Notes: a model not told the origin generated them from the letters alone. A stretch of DNA of 64,000 nt from Acidobacteriota bacterium (GCA_025463215.1 JAOBWF010000234.1:1822-65821), one strand, 5' to 3'. Shown: positions 1 to 9,972, counted from the first letter of the stretch. Numbers and translations are program-made.

Positions 1-537
1 CGTCCAACGTCGCGCCGTAGACCAAATGCGCCAGCAGCGCGTAGGCATGCACCCGCGGATCGAGCCTCCGCGGGCCGCGCGACAGTCCGAGCGCCGGCAT
101 CACCCCCTCATCGGCGACGCTCCAGACCAGCGCGCCGTACAGCAAGCCCCGACCGCGGCGCAGCACGGGAACACGGCTCGCGGCGACCGCGTAGGCCATA
201 CCGACTCCGGCGCTGAAGGCGTAGTGCATGGCACTGCCGATCCACGGTTGCACATCACGATCGGGGTTGCGCCCGGCCATCGCGCGGTACACGGCTGAAC
301 CGGCGAGAATCGTGGCGTCGCAGTCGGCCGTTCGCAGCGCCTGAGGCGGCTGCGCTCCACGCCCGAATCGATCCCGACCGGGTGCGGCACCAGGCGCCTC
401 GCGTCCGTCACCGGCGATCGCGGCGACACGGCTGAACATGTTCATCGTCCAGCCGGCGATCAGACCGCCGACCAGCCCGGCCAGCAGCGGCGGCTCAACG
501 GTTCGGCCATTGTCTGCCTGCCGATCATGGGTCCTCA
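1..537 (-). CDS. Integral membrane protein, DUF1440-like; C-terminal end runs off the window
   Basis: Not in the ORF track because there is no stop inside the window. Manual reverse translation from ATG at 535-537 gives MRTHDRQADNGRTVEPPLLAGLVGGLIAGWTMNMFSRVAAIAGDG...GSAVYRAMAGRNPDRDVQPWIGSAMHYAFSAGVGMAYAVA. Hydrophobic segments and G/C-rich third codon positions. Confidence 0.5.
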
Positions 538-624
538 TGATCGCGATCGAGTTCACGAACCGTACCGTCACACGCGCTATCATCGGGCCAACGCGTCGCG
601 TCGTGCACAGGCAAGAGGTGACCC

Positions 625-1650
625 ATGACTGACCGGAACCGTTCGGCGTTCGGCGTCTTCCCGATCCTCTGCGCGCTCACCCTGGGTGCCGTCGTCGCAA
701 CGGCGCAAACGGCCCGGCCGTGGGTCCCGCCGCGTACCGCCGACGGCCACCCCGACTTTCAGGGCGTCTGGGCGAACAACACCGTCACGCCGCTCCAGCG
801 GCCGAAGCAGTGGGAAGGCAAGGACCGTCTCACCGACGCCGAGATCGCCGAGCTCCAGCGCTTCGCCGCGCAGATCGTCGAGAACGACGGCGACGCACAG
901 TTCGGCGACGGCTTCATCCTCGCGGTGCTGAACCGCATCGCCAATCCGAAGTCGTACGATCCCGGCACCGGCAACTACAACCAGTTCTGGCTGGTGGCGC
1001 GCGACTGGCACGACCGGCGGACCGCGCTCGTGACCGATCCGCCGAACGGCCGGATCCCGCCGATGACGCCGGAGGCGCAGAAACGCCGCGCCGCGGAGAT
1101 CGCGCATCGCGCGGCGCACGCATTCGAGGATCCCGAGGTCTTCCCGCCGGGCGAGCGCTGCGTCAACTTCGGCATCCCGCACGTCCAGGCGGGCTACAAC
1201 AGCTACATGCAGATCGTGCAATCCCCCGGCTACATCACGATCATGAACGAGATGGCGCACGACGCCCGGGTGATCCCGCTCGACGGCCGGCCGCACCTCG
1301 ATGCCCGCCTGACGACCTGGAACGGCGACTCCCGCGGCCGCTGGCAGGGGGACACGCTGGTGATCGACACCACCAACTTTTCAACCAAGAGCGACTTCAT
1401 GGGCGCGCACGAGCGCCTCCACCTCACCGAACGGCTGACGCGCGTCGGTCCCGCGATCCTGAACTACGAATTTACCGTCGACGATCCGACGACATGGACG
1501 GCGCCGTGGACCGCGATGATCCCGCTGAAGCTGAAAGACGAGTTGATCTACGAGTACGCCTGTCATGAGGGGAACGACGCGATCCCGGACATGTTGCGCG
1601 GCCACCGCTTCGAGGAGCGCGGCGCGGCGGGCAAGGGCCGCGAGCGGTAG
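625..1650 (+). CDS. Secreted conserved hypothetical protein
   Basis: 341-aa ORF with an N-terminal signal-like segment (FGVFPILCALTLGAVVATAQTA). Non-repetitive composition, unlike the overlapping Arg/Pro-rich off-frame ORFs. Confidence 0.75.
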   Translation: MTDRNRSAFGVFPILCALTLGAVVATAQTARPWVPPRTADGHPDFQGVWANNTVTPLQRPKQWEGKDRLTDAEIAELQRFAAQIVENDGDAQFGDGFILAVLNRIANPKSYDPGTGNYNQFWLVARDWHDRRTALVTDPPNGRIPPMTPEAQKRRAAEIAHRAAHAFEDPEVFPPGERCVNFGIPHVQAGYNSYMQIVQSPGYITIMNEMAHDARVIPLDGRPHLDARLTTWNGDSRGRWQGDTLVIDTTNFSTKSDFMGAHERLHLTERLTRVGPAILNYEFTVDDPTTWTAPWTAMIPLKLKDELIYEYACHEGNDAIPDMLRGHRFEERGAAGKGRER

Positions 1651-1656
1651 CAGCGG

Positions 1657-2529
1657 CTAGCGGCGCGCGAGGATGTCGGCGAGCGACGTTGCGGGAAGCT
1701 CCGGGAACCGGCGGTACAGCGCCGCCGGGGCGAAGGTCATGTCGATGGCGTCCATCACCATTGCCGCGCGCAGCTGACGCGCCCGATGCGGCAGGAGCGG
1801 GCCGAGCGCCGACGCGAGCAGCCGCAGCAGCGGCCGCGGCACGTGCCGCGGCGGCGCCGTTCGACCAGCCGCCTGCTGCAGCGCGGCCGCGAGGGCGTCG
1901 AACGAGAGGTTCTGCGGACCGCCCAGGTCGTACGTCTCGCCCCGCGTTGAGGGATCGACGACGACGCGCTCCACGAGTGCCGCGACATCGGACACCGACA
2001 CGAAGTTGATCGAGTTGCGGCCGCCGCCGAAGATTACCGGCCGGCCGGATGAACCGGCGGTCTTCTCGAGAAGATCGAGCCAGAACTCCGCGAACGCGGT
2101 CGCGCGCACGATCGTCCACGCCACACCGCTCGCGCGCAGCTGGCTCTCCGCCGCGTGCTTCATGCGAAACAGTTCGATCGGGTGCGCCGCGGAGGCGCCG
2201 ACGATCGACAGCATCACGACCGCCGCACCTGCCTGCGCCGCGGCCTCGACCAGATGACGGTTGCCGTCGCGGTCGACGGTGGCCGGCGACACCGCGCCGA
2301 CGTCGCCGAACCCGTGCACGGCAGACACGATGAGGTCGACACCCGGCATCGCCGCGGCGACGCTGGCGGCGTCCCGGACGTCGCCTTCGGTCACCTCGAG
2401 GCCGGCGCCGGCCAGGTGCGCGGCGCGGCGCCGATCGCGCGTCAGGACCCGGACACGCCGATCACGCGCCGCCAGGCGACGCACGATCAGGGTCCCGAGA
2501 CGGCCGCTGCCGCCGGCGACGAGGATCAC
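1657..2529 (-). CDS. NAD(P)H-binding NmrA/SDR-like oxidoreductase
   Basis: Rossmann motif VILVAGGSGRLGTLIVRRLAARDRRVRVLTRD. I place the start at GTG 2527-2529, which overlaps the TGA of the upstream gene (GTGA coupling). The 386-aa track ORF is an upstream extension. Confidence 0.75.
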   Translation of the reverse strand: MILVAGGSGRLGTLIVRRLAARDRRVRVLTRDRRRAAHLAGAGLEVTEGDVRDAASVAAAMPGVDLIVSAVHGFGDVGAVSPATVDRDGNRHLVEAAAQAGAAVVMLSIVGASAAHPIELFRMKHAAESQLRASGVAWTIVRATAFAEFWLDLLEKTAGSSGRPVIFGGGRNSINFVSVSDVAALVERVVVDPSTRGETYDLGGPQNLSFDALAAALQQAAGRTAPPRHVPRPLLRLLASALGPLLPHRARQLRAAMVMDAIDMTFAPAALYRRFPELPATSLADILARR

Positions 2530-2996
2530 GGCCGCTCCCCCGTTGCGGGCGCCGGCGGCGCGCCGCCGGAGGCGACCTGCCGGCGCACCGCGGCGTCGAC
2601 GTTCTCCCCGCCCTCCTGCACCGGCTCGAGATAGAAGCGCGCCCACGCCAGCAGCCCGGCATCGACCCCGAAAATAATGACGCCGCGCATCACGTGCGCC
2701 GAGCCGTCGCGGCGGCTGCCGCGATGCTCCCACTCGCTCCAGATCTCGCCGCCATTGACCGCGCTGCGCACCACGGTGGCGGTGATGTCGGGGATCGCGG
2801 CGAGGATCTGCCCCCAATTGCGCCGGACCTGGTCCCGACCCGTGAACCCGCGCTCAGGATGCGCCGGCGTGTCGTTGCGGTAGCCGGCGGCGAAGCAGGC
2901 GGTGATCGCGTCGAGATCGTGGGCGTTGACCGCGCGCTCGAGCCTCGCGAGCACGTCTGCGGTCTGATCGGTGGTCGCGGCGTCAGTCATGCGCAT
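2526..2996 (-). CDS. SnoaL-like / NTF2-fold protein
   Basis: 156-aa ORF (ERAVNAHDLDAITACFAAGYRNDTPAHPERGFTGRDQVRRNWGQI...) typical of SnoaL-like domains. Translationally coupled to the downstream oxidoreductase. Confidence 0.7.
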   Translation of the reverse strand: MRMTDAATTDQTADVLARLERAVNAHDLDAITACFAAGYRNDTPAHPERGFTGRDQVRRNWGQILAAIPDITATVVRSAVNGGEIWSEWEHRGSRRDGSAHVMRGVIIFGVDAGLLAWARFYLEPVQEGGENVDAAVRRQVASGGAPPAPATGERP

Positions 2997-3010
2997 CTCC
3001 CAATAATGGA

Positions 3011-3025
3011 TACAGTGTTACTGTA
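3011..3025. promoter_or_regulatory. Candidate TetR operator (inverted repeat TACAGT-GTT-ACTGTA)
   Basis: Perfect 6-bp arms in the AT-rich 50-bp divergent intergenic region between the SnoaL/NmrA operon and the TetR gene. Confidence 0.4.
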
Positions 3026-3046
3026 ATTGAATGTATACTCTGCGCC

Positions 3047-3706
3047 ATGGCGGCTGAAGTCAAGCGCCGGCAATACGACTCGGCGCGCCGCCGCCAGGCC
3101 GCGGAACGGCGCCGCGACGCCATCGTCGACACCGCGCGGCGCCTGTTCCTGCGCGACGGGTTCGCGCGGACGACGATCGCGACGATCGCCGGCGACGCCG
3201 GCGTGTCCGAGGAGACGGTCTACAAGACGTTCGGCAGCAAGACCGCGCTCGTGCGGACGATCCGCGATCGCGCGCTCGCCGGCGCCGGACCGGTCCACGC
3301 CGAACGCCGATCGGATCGGATGCAGGCCGGGGCGCACGATGCGCGCACGATCATTCGGGGCTGGGGCGTCCTCACGGTGGAGGTGGCGCCGCGGGTCGCG
3401 CCGATACTGCTGCTGGTGCGCGACGCCGCCGCGAGCGATCCCGAGCTGGCAACCTTGCGCGACGAGATGGACGCCGCCAGGCGCACGCGCATGACGCGCA
3501 ACGCGCGCACGCTCTTCAAGGCGGGACACCTGCGGCGCGGCATCACGCTCGCTGCCGCGGCCGACGTGTTGTGGACCTACAGTTCACCGGAACTCTACGA
3601 GCTGCTGGTGATCAGACGCGGCTGGGCGATCGCACGCTACGGCCGGTTCGTCGCCGACGCCATGATCGCCGCGCTGCTGCCGTCGTCGCCGCTGGCCGGG
3701 CTGTAG
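3047..3706 (+). CDS. TetR family transcriptional regulator
   Basis: N-terminal HTH signature RRRDAIVDTARRLFLRDGFARTTIATIAGDAGVSEETVYKTFGSKTALV. Divergent from the SnoaL/NmrA pair. Confidence 0.85.
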   Translation: MAAEVKRRQYDSARRRQAAERRRDAIVDTARRLFLRDGFARTTIATIAGDAGVSEETVYKTFGSKTALVRTIRDRALAGAGPVHAERRSDRMQAGAHDARTIIRGWGVLTVEVAPRVAPILLLVRDAAASDPELATLRDEMDAARRTRMTRNARTLFKAGHLRRGITLAAAADVLWTYSSPELYELLVIRRGWAIARYGRFVADAMIAALLPSSPLAGL

Positions 3707-3748
3707 CGCATCGCACGCCGGCCGCGTCGCGGTCCGACGCGATCAGCG

Positions 3749-5464
3749 TCAGCCGCGCAGTGTCTCGGGCAGCGAGCGCATGAACGCGTGGATCACGGCG
3801 ATCTCGCTGTTCTCCGAAATGAACGTGAAGGCCGTAGCGCTGATCTGGCGGGCGCGCGAACCCGGCGCGACGCCGATGCCCGCGTGCATCACCGGGCATT
3901 CGTCAATCAATCCGAGCAGCGCGGCCCAGGCCGGCAGGTCCAGAATCGCCATCACATCGAGTGCATCGCGGGCTCGCCACGGCGCCCCGGCCCGCCAGTG
4001 CTTCGTCAACGCCATTCGCAGGGCGTTGAGACCGGCCCGCGTTTCGCGGTCGCCGCCCCGCAGCGCCTTGAGGACGGCGATCAGCTGCTCCGCCGCGTAC
4101 AGACACACCTGCTGGTGAAGGACCGCCCAGCCGCGTTCGAACGCGCTGACGAGATCGTGGCCGATGAGAAAGTCGCCGGGCAGCGTCGCCGCACCGGCGT
4201 CCCAGTTCTCCAGACCAAGGTTGCAGGTCGCCACGGCCGCGCTCGAGGCCTCCTCCGCGGTGAACGGGCGGGCCTGGAGGGAACATCCCGCCGCAATTGT
4301 GTTCGCGAGAAAGGCGAGCTCCTGTCCGCGCCTCGCGAAGGCGACGGGATCGCGGTCAGCGGCGAATTGCATGAGCGCGTCGATCCGCGCCAGACGCGGC
4401 GCCGCGCCCTGCGGTCCGTCGAGGCGCGCCCGCGGCGGCTCGGGAAGGACGCCGGCGTCCCGCAGGATTTCGACGAACGTGGCCATTGCCGCGGCGGAGT
4501 CCTCGGCGAGCGGACGCTCACCGGATCCCGTCGTCAGACGAAGCGACGCGTCATCCGGCTCCTCCGTCCATTCGAGCGCCTGGAAATAGGCGCGGGCGAT
4601 CGGATTGGCGGCCGGCGTGGTGTCGCGTCCGGGTGACGACCGGCGCGCCATCTGGAGAAACGCGCGCGCCTGCGCCGGGGTCATGTAGCCCTGCTGCTCG
4701 CGGCGCCGTTCGCGGGTCACGCCGGCGTCGAACAGCACCTGTTCACGGTCGGAGAGCAGGTCATCCAAACCATCGAGCTCGCGCCCCGAGTTCGACTGGA
4801 TCCGGCAGCCGCGCATCAGCCGATGAAAGTAGTCGTGATGCCGCGAATCGAGGGCGCGCAGTACGGCGACGACCGCGTCCCACGAGTCCGTGCGTTTACC
4901 GACGACGAGGTAGCCGCCGACGCTGCTCGCCGGGCCGTCGTGCGGTGGGTCGACGACCGGCATTTCGTCTCCGTCCGCGGATTCCGAGGGCGGGGCCACC
5001 GCCGGGTCGAACACGAGCATGTGCTGTGCGAAGGCCGCCATCGCCAGATTGACGTCGATGCCGGCGACGGTGTGCGCGGCGACGGCGGCGCCGGATTCCA
5101 TCATCACTTCGAGCCAGAGGCCGAAGCGATCGGCGTCGAGCTGCTCATCGTGCCCGGGTCGCGCCGCTTTCCAGAGGTCGAGATCGAAAACGCGCGCCAG
5201 CTGCCCCGGTGTCGCCAGCGCCACCAGCTCGCCGCAGGCTTCGAGACCGCAGTACTCGATGACGCGGTGCAGCATCTCGGGCGGCAGGCGAGGGACCACG
5301 TGCGCGAGGTGCGGCGCGTCGAGAATGCGATCGAGCAGCCCGCGGCCGTCCGCCTTCGCCGCTGGCGCGAGTGTGCCGCCGCTGCTGGCGGTACGCGGCC
5401 GGCGGGAACGCTGAACCGGTTTGCGCATCGGTCCGGTCACCTTAGCAACAAACCACCGGTACAA
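3749..5464 (-). CDS. Conserved hypothetical protein (large, soluble)
   Basis: 571-aa ORF with balanced composition. The start may be an internal Met (MRKPVQRS). No family recognised with confidence. Confidence 0.65.
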   Translation of the reverse strand: MYRWFVAKVTGPMRKPVQRSRRPRTASSGGTLAPAAKADGRGLLDRILDAPHLAHVVPRLPPEMLHRVIEYCGLEACGELVALATPGQLARVFDLDLWKAARPGHDEQLDADRFGLWLEVMMESGAAVAAHTVAGIDVNLAMAAFAQHMLVFDPAVAPPSESADGDEMPVVDPPHDGPASSVGGYLVVGKRTDSWDAVVAVLRALDSRHHDYFHRLMRGCRIQSNSGRELDGLDDLLSDREQVLFDAGVTRERRREQQGYMTPAQARAFLQMARRSSPGRDTTPAANPIARAYFQALEWTEEPDDASLRLTTGSGERPLAEDSAAAMATFVEILRDAGVLPEPPRARLDGPQGAAPRLARIDALMQFAADRDPVAFARRGQELAFLANTIAAGCSLQARPFTAEEASSAAVATCNLGLENWDAGAATLPGDFLIGHDLVSAFERGWAVLHQQVCLYAAEQLIAVLKALRGGDRETRAGLNALRMALTKHWRAGAPWRARDALDVMAILDLPAWAALLGLIDECPVMHAGIGVAPGSRARQISATAFTFISENSEIAVIHAFMRSLPETLRG

Positions 5465-5616
5465 ACAGTCTTGTTGCGCACACCGGACTCAGGTACATCC
5501 GCTGTGGCAACGCGGCGGCGTCGATTCGCTGCCGGTTTGGCCCCTCAGGAAACATCCCCCTGGTCGAGATCACGCGACACCTCTCTGGCTGCGGACGCTG
5601 TTATCGACAGCGCGGC

Positions 5617-5958
5617 TCATACGTCGATGACCGGACCGCCGCCCGGGGGCGGCGGCCCGAGCTGCTGCCGTCGGCGCTGCCCGATGACCAGGGCGACGCA
5701 GCCGGTCCATGTCGGCAGCATGTCGGTGATCGGCAGCAGCTCGACGAGGAAGGTCGGCAGCAACAGCGGATGGAATCCGAGGACGCGCCAGATCAGAGCG
5801 GTCGCCGCGACATCGAGGATTTCGTCGGCACCGACCCACCCGATCGGACCGAGGACGAATTGCAGCGCGTCGGTGGCGACGGCGACCGCATACGCGAGCC
5901 GCACGCGGCTCGGCGTCAGCAGCGGCGGCGCGGCTGTGATGAACGTTGGCAGCTTCAT
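5617..5958 (-). CDS. Small membrane protein
   Basis: 113 aa with hydrophobic helices (LAYAVAVATDALQFVLGPIGWVGADEILDVAATALIWRVLGFHPLLLPTFLVELLPI). Confidence 0.5.
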   Translation of the reverse strand: MKLPTFITAAPPLLTPSRVRLAYAVAVATDALQFVLGPIGWVGADEILDVAATALIWRVLGFHPLLLPTFLVELLPITDMLPTWTGCVALVIGQRRRQQLGPPPPGGGPVIDV

Positions 5959-6176
5959 GCTCGGCGCCCTGGTTCGAGCGTAGCCGACGCGCGGCGCGCG
6001 AACAAGATGCGTGCCGCGTCACCTCGAGCGCGGGTCCCTTCCCGAATGTATTCGCCGCACGGCAGGCCGCGGTACAGATGACTCCGATCAGATGCATTCT
6101 GTATGTGAAGGGTCACGATAGAGGTGACCCCTGGACGGTCGTCAACGCAGGAGTATCTATCAACCGGAGGTGTGCC

Positions 6177-6599
6177 ATGAAGATGTCTGAGATCGCGATC
6201 ACCGAAATCGAGTTGGAGCTGCGGGCTGCGTGCCGTCACGAAATCGACGAACCTGCGCTCGACACCATGTTCAGCTGGGTTCGGCCGGAGTTCGAGCGCA
6301 TCCTGGACCGCGTCGACGGCAAGAAGCGATGGGCGGAGGTCGGCCCGCGCGTGCGCGAGGCCGGCCGTCACCTGGGCGCCTTCGCCGACTTCTTCGCCAG
6401 CCATGCCGGTGCGCCGGATGTCGGCATGGAGCAGCTGACGCAGGCGATGGCGATGATGCGCGCCGACTGCACCGTCCGGGCCGAACGCACGCCGGTCGCG
6501 TGGGAGTTCTGCCCGCGCGTGCCGGTCGATGTGCGCGCGGCGCAAGAGTACCTGCGCACCATCGCGCCGGTCCCCGAGCTCGTGAGCCGCGCCGGCTAG
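6177..6599 (+). CDS. Hypothetical protein, paralog 1 of a tandem pair
   Basis: ATG at 6177 (MKMSEIAITEIELELRAACRHEIDEPALDTMFSWVRPEFERILDRVDGKKRWAEVGPRVREAGRHLGAFADFF...). Alignable with the next gene. The upstream part of the track ORF (from 5946) looks non-coding. Confidence 0.6.
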   Translation: MKMSEIAITEIELELRAACRHEIDEPALDTMFSWVRPEFERILDRVDGKKRWAEVGPRVREAGRHLGAFADFFASHAGAPDVGMEQLTQAMAMMRADCTVRAERTPVAWEFCPRVPVDVRAAQEYLRTIAPVPELVSRAG

Positions 6600-6623
6600 G
6601 CCTCGGTCCGGGAGAGGTGCACC

Positions 6624-6992
6624 GTGAATAGCATGTCAGACGTCGCGCTCAACGAATGCGTGGCCGAACTGCGGGCCGCGTGTCGCCGGCCGATCGACGA
6701 GCCGGCCCTCGAACGGCTGCTCGACGCGCTCCGACCGAACTTCAGGCAGATCCTGGATCGTCCTGAAGGCAAAGCTCATTGGACCGACTATGGGCAGCAC
6801 ATGCGCGACAACGGCCGTCATCTCGGCGCGCTCGCCGATTTCTTCAGCTACCAAACCGACGCCGACGTCGTCGGCGACAGCCAGTTGATCCAGGCATTCG
6901 CCATGGTGGAAGCCGCGTGTCGCGTCGGCGCCCCCGCCGCGTCGGAACCACAGAACGCCGTCGGTGCGGCGGCTGAGAGACGGTCGACTTAG
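6624..6992 (+). CDS. Hypothetical protein, paralog 2 of a tandem pair
   Basis: MNSMSDVALNECVAELRAACRRPIDEPALERLLDALRPNFRQILDRPEGKAHWTDYGQHMRDNGRHLGALADFF... It shares the ELRAACR..IDEPAL...RP.F..ILDR..GK..W...G...R..GRHLGA.ADFF pattern with 6177-6599. Confidence 0.6.
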   Translation: MNSMSDVALNECVAELRAACRRPIDEPALERLLDALRPNFRQILDRPEGKAHWTDYGQHMRDNGRHLGALADFFSYQTDADVVGDSQLIQAFAMVEAACRVGAPAASEPQNAVGAAAERRST

Positions 6993-7000
6993 GACACAGC

Positions 7001-7030
7001 GGGCGTCCGCACTCCCCCCTGCGGACGCCC
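7001..7030 (+). terminator. Stem-loop after the paralog pair (GGGCGTCCGCA-N8-TGCGGACGCCC)
   Basis: 11-bp perfect stem starting 9 nt after the stop at 6992. No T-tract, so it is a candidate intrinsic terminator only. Confidence 0.4.
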
Positions 7031-7072
7031 CACTCCCCGCCGCACGCTGTTCACAGCAATCAGGTTGTCATC

Positions 7073-9964
7073 TTGAAGGAGTGGTCGCACATGTGCCGAC
7101 TTGCAAGCGTCCTTTGTGTGTGTCTTCTGGCCGCGCCGTCTCTTCGCGCGCAAACGACGGCGAGCGGCAGCGTTCGCGGGATCGCGACCGACCCGCAAGG
7201 TGCGGTCCTGCCAGGCGTCTCGATCTCGGTCGACAGCGCGACGGTTCCCGGCATTCGCACCGCCACGACCGATCAACGCGGTGAGTTTCGTGTGCCCGAG
7301 CTGCCGCCCGGTGAGTACACGTTGACCGCGGAGCTCCAGGGTTTTTCCCGGTTCGTGCGGTCGCCGATTGCCATCAGTGCCGGATTGAATGTGACCGTCG
7401 ACGTCCCGATGAGTGTCGGCGCGATCACCGAAACGGTCGAAGTCCGGCAGGAGACGCCGCTACTCGAATCCTCGAGGGCGTCACAGGCGGTGAACATCAG
7501 CGGCGAGATGCTCCGGGCGATCCCCCTCTCGGAGCGCCGGGAGTGGTTCGGCGCGCTGATGCTCGCACCTGGCGTGACCACCGCTCAATGGGTCAACAAC
7601 GAAGTGCTGATGTACGTCCACGGCGCCGACTCGTCGGCCAACGTCGTGCAGATCGACGGCGCGGACATGACCCCGTCGCTGATGGGAGGAGTTCGCTATG
7701 TCAGCCTGAACATCGATGCGATTGACGATATCCAGATCAAGACCGCGGGCATCGACGCGTCCGCGCCGCTTGGCGTCGGCGGCATCATCAACATCGCCAC
7801 GGCAAGCGGCACGAACCGGTTGAAGGGAACGGCAACCGTCTTCGTCCAGCCGCGCGCCTGGAACGCTTCGAATAACCCTGGAGGCACGAGCAGCACGGTC
7901 GATCAGGCACAGGCCGATCTGTCGGCGGGCGGGCCGCTCGTCAAGAACGCATTGTGGGTGTTCGGTTCGTACCGTCGCGTCGACGCCAACACCGGCGTCA
8001 GCCGAACGGCGGCGCAGTTGGCCACCCTTCAGGCGCTCGCGCCGCAGTACACGCCGCTCGACAGCACGAATGCGGCCAATCTCGCCTTCATCAAGTTGAA
8101 CACGCAGTGGTCTGCCGCACACCGGCTCGAGGGCTTCTATCAGCGCGACGTCAACCCCGTCACGTTTTCGGATGCCACGACGCAGTACTCCCGACGGGAA
8201 GCCACGGGGGGACGCGGCGTCTCCGTCCGGTTGTCGTCGGTGTGGTCCGATCACCTGACGACCCGCGCCGGGGCGAGCTTCAACGACAAGCGGCGCGACG
8301 GCCAGGACCCGGGGATCGGCGGGCCGCTGCAGATCGTCTACTCGAGCACGATCGCGTCGGCGGGCCGACTGGCCGGCAACGGCCGCCTCGCGAATCTCGG
8401 GTCGCCGGTCACGGCATGGAACGGTCAGCCCAACTCGAAGCTCACTCTCTCGTTCGACTCGACCTTCCTCGCGACCACCCGCACCGGCTCGCACGAACTG
8501 CAGACCGGCCTCTACGCGCAGCCGCGCACCCGCATCGGCTTGACGACGTCGTACGTGAACGGCGGCTACGTGCTCGAAGAAACGACGCTGCGGCGTCCAG
8601 GCGCGGTCGACAGCGGAATCGTACCGTTTCATCGCATCACGTTCGACGGCACGGGGCTCACCAACGCGCAGCGGGTCGGACAGGACTACGCGATCTACAT
8701 TCAGGATGCGTGGCGGCCGACGACGCAGCTCACGATCAACGCCGGCGTCCGCCTGGATCGGATCGACTGGACCGACCAGTTGTTCGACATCACCTCGCAG
8801 ACGAGCACCGAAGTCGGACCGCGGTTCGGACTCAACTACGCCATTACCTCTGACGCCCATCACATCCTCAGGGCGCATTGGGTGAAGGTCCACGATCAGC
8901 CGTCGCTGACCGCGGTGTCGGTGGGGACCGTCAGCCTCACCCAGCGTGACGCCTACGACCTGAACCTCGACGGGGTGTTCGAGACCACGTTTGTCACTCC
9001 CGCGACCCTTGCCGTCACGCCCGCGCGATCGATCGACCCCGACCTACATCAACCGTTCGTGGAGGACTGGGGTGCCGGCTACACCCAGCAATTCCGGGGC
9101 CGGACGACCGCCGGGATCGACGTCGTGCGACGCGACTATCGCGACCGCCCCACCCTGCTCGAAACCAACGGTCGCTACAACGGCAAGGTGTTCACCGGGT
9201 ACATCAACGAGGCGTTCAACCAGATCTACCTGCTGACGAACAATCGCTGGAATACGCCGGTCTACACGTCGGTCGAACTCTCCGCCACGAAGCGCACCAA
9301 CCGGATCCAGGCGGTCGGCAGCTACGTCAGGCAATGGCGCCACATCGACGGCACGTGGCAGCCCAACGATCCCGCGTCGTTCATTCAGCCGGCGGCCTTC
9401 GCCAACGATCGAGGCATCGGCAGCCCCATCGGCGCCACCGCCTCGCCGGACGACGCCAACAGCCTCTCGGGGACCAACATGTCGCAGGCCGCCACTGCCA
9501 GTGCGCAATGGCAGGACCATGTCGCACGCGCCGGTGCGACCTACCGCGCCGCGTGGGGTCTGCAGCTGTCGAGCAGCTACACGTTTCAATCCGGAGCGTG
9601 GTCCGGCCCCGTCGTCTCGCAGGGTGCGGCGGATCCAGCGTTCGGTCCGCCGACGCTGACATTGTCGAACGGCCGGGTCGTGAGCAACCCGCTCGCGACG
9701 ACCATTCGGTTCGCGTATCCCACCCGCGCCGATGGCCAGGTGCGAACCGCGCGGTTGCACGTCTGGAACGTTCGCGTCGGCCGGCAGTTCATCGTCAATC
9801 ACGTCAAGCTCGACGCGGCGCTCGACATGTTCAACCTCACGAACAATGGCGCCGATCAGAGTTTCATGTCGGGGGCCAACCAGACCTATAACCCGCTCTA
9901 CGGGCTCACCAACAACCGTCAACTGCCGCGATCCGCACAGGTTCTCCTGCGCGTCGGGTTCTGA
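7073..9964 (+). CDS. TonB-dependent-receptor-like outer membrane protein with CarboxypepD_reg-like N-terminal domain
   Basis: Signal peptide (CRLASVLCVCLLAAPSLRAQ). CarboxypepD_reg-like segment GSVRGIATDPQGAVLPGVSISV...GEFRVPELPPGEYTLTAELQGF. Plug-like VEVRQETPLLESSRASQAVNISGEML. Aromatic C-terminus ...LLRVGF. Confidence 0.8.
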   Translation: MKEWSHMCRLASVLCVCLLAAPSLRAQTTASGSVRGIATDPQGAVLPGVSISVDSATVPGIRTATTDQRGEFRVPELPPGEYTLTAELQGFSRFVRSPIAISAGLNVTVDVPMSVGAITETVEVRQETPLLESSRASQAVNISGEMLRAIPLSERREWFGALMLAPGVTTAQWVNNEVLMYVHGADSSANVVQIDGADMTPSLMGGVRYVSLNIDAIDDIQIKTAGIDASAPLGVGGIINIATASGTNRLKGTATVFVQPRAWNASNNPGGTSSTVDQAQADLSAGGPLVKNALWVFGSYRRVDANTGVSRTAAQLATLQALAPQYTPLDSTNAANLAFIKLNTQWSAAHRLEGFYQRDVNPVTFSDATTQYSRREATGGRGVSVRLSSVWSDHLTTRAGASFNDKRRDGQDPGIGGPLQIVYSSTIASAGRLAGNGRLANLGSPVTAWNGQPNSKLTLSFDSTFLATTRTGSHELQTGLYAQPRTRIGLTTSYVNGGYVLEETTLRRPGAVDSGIVPFHRITFDGTGLTNAQRVGQDYAIYIQDAWRPTTQLTINAGVRLDRIDWTDQLFDITSQTSTEVGPRFGLNYAITSDAHHILRAHWVKVHDQPSLTAVSVGTVSLTQRDAYDLNLDGVFETTFVTPATLAVTPARSIDPDLHQPFVEDWGAGYTQQFRGRTTAGIDVVRRDYRDRPTLLETNGRYNGKVFTGYINEAFNQIYLLTNNRWNTPVYTSVELSATKRTNRIQAVGSYVRQWRHIDGTWQPNDPASFIQPAAFANDRGIGSPIGATASPDDANSLSGTNMSQAATASAQWQDHVARAGATYRAAWGLQLSSSYTFQSGAWSGPVVSQGAADPAFGPPTLTLSNGRVVSNPLATTIRFAYPTRADGQVRTARLHVWNVRVGRQFIVNHVKLDAALDMFNLTNNGADQSFMSGANQTYNPLYGLTNNRQLPRSAQVLLRVGF

Positions 9965-9972
9965 GGAGGACT

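Noticed and set aside
7481-8893. Long ORFs antisense to or out of frame with strong genes. Examples: 7481-8893(-), 9919-11292(-), 15076-16794(+), 17652-18854(-), 33832-35766(+), 38861-41047(-), 42739-43770(+), 56212-57498(-), 59555-60922(+), 62617-63927(-).
   Set aside because: They overlap genes with clear family signatures. Their translations are Arg/Ala/Gly/Pro-rich with no motifs. This is the expected artefact of stop-poor alternative frames in GC-rich DNA.
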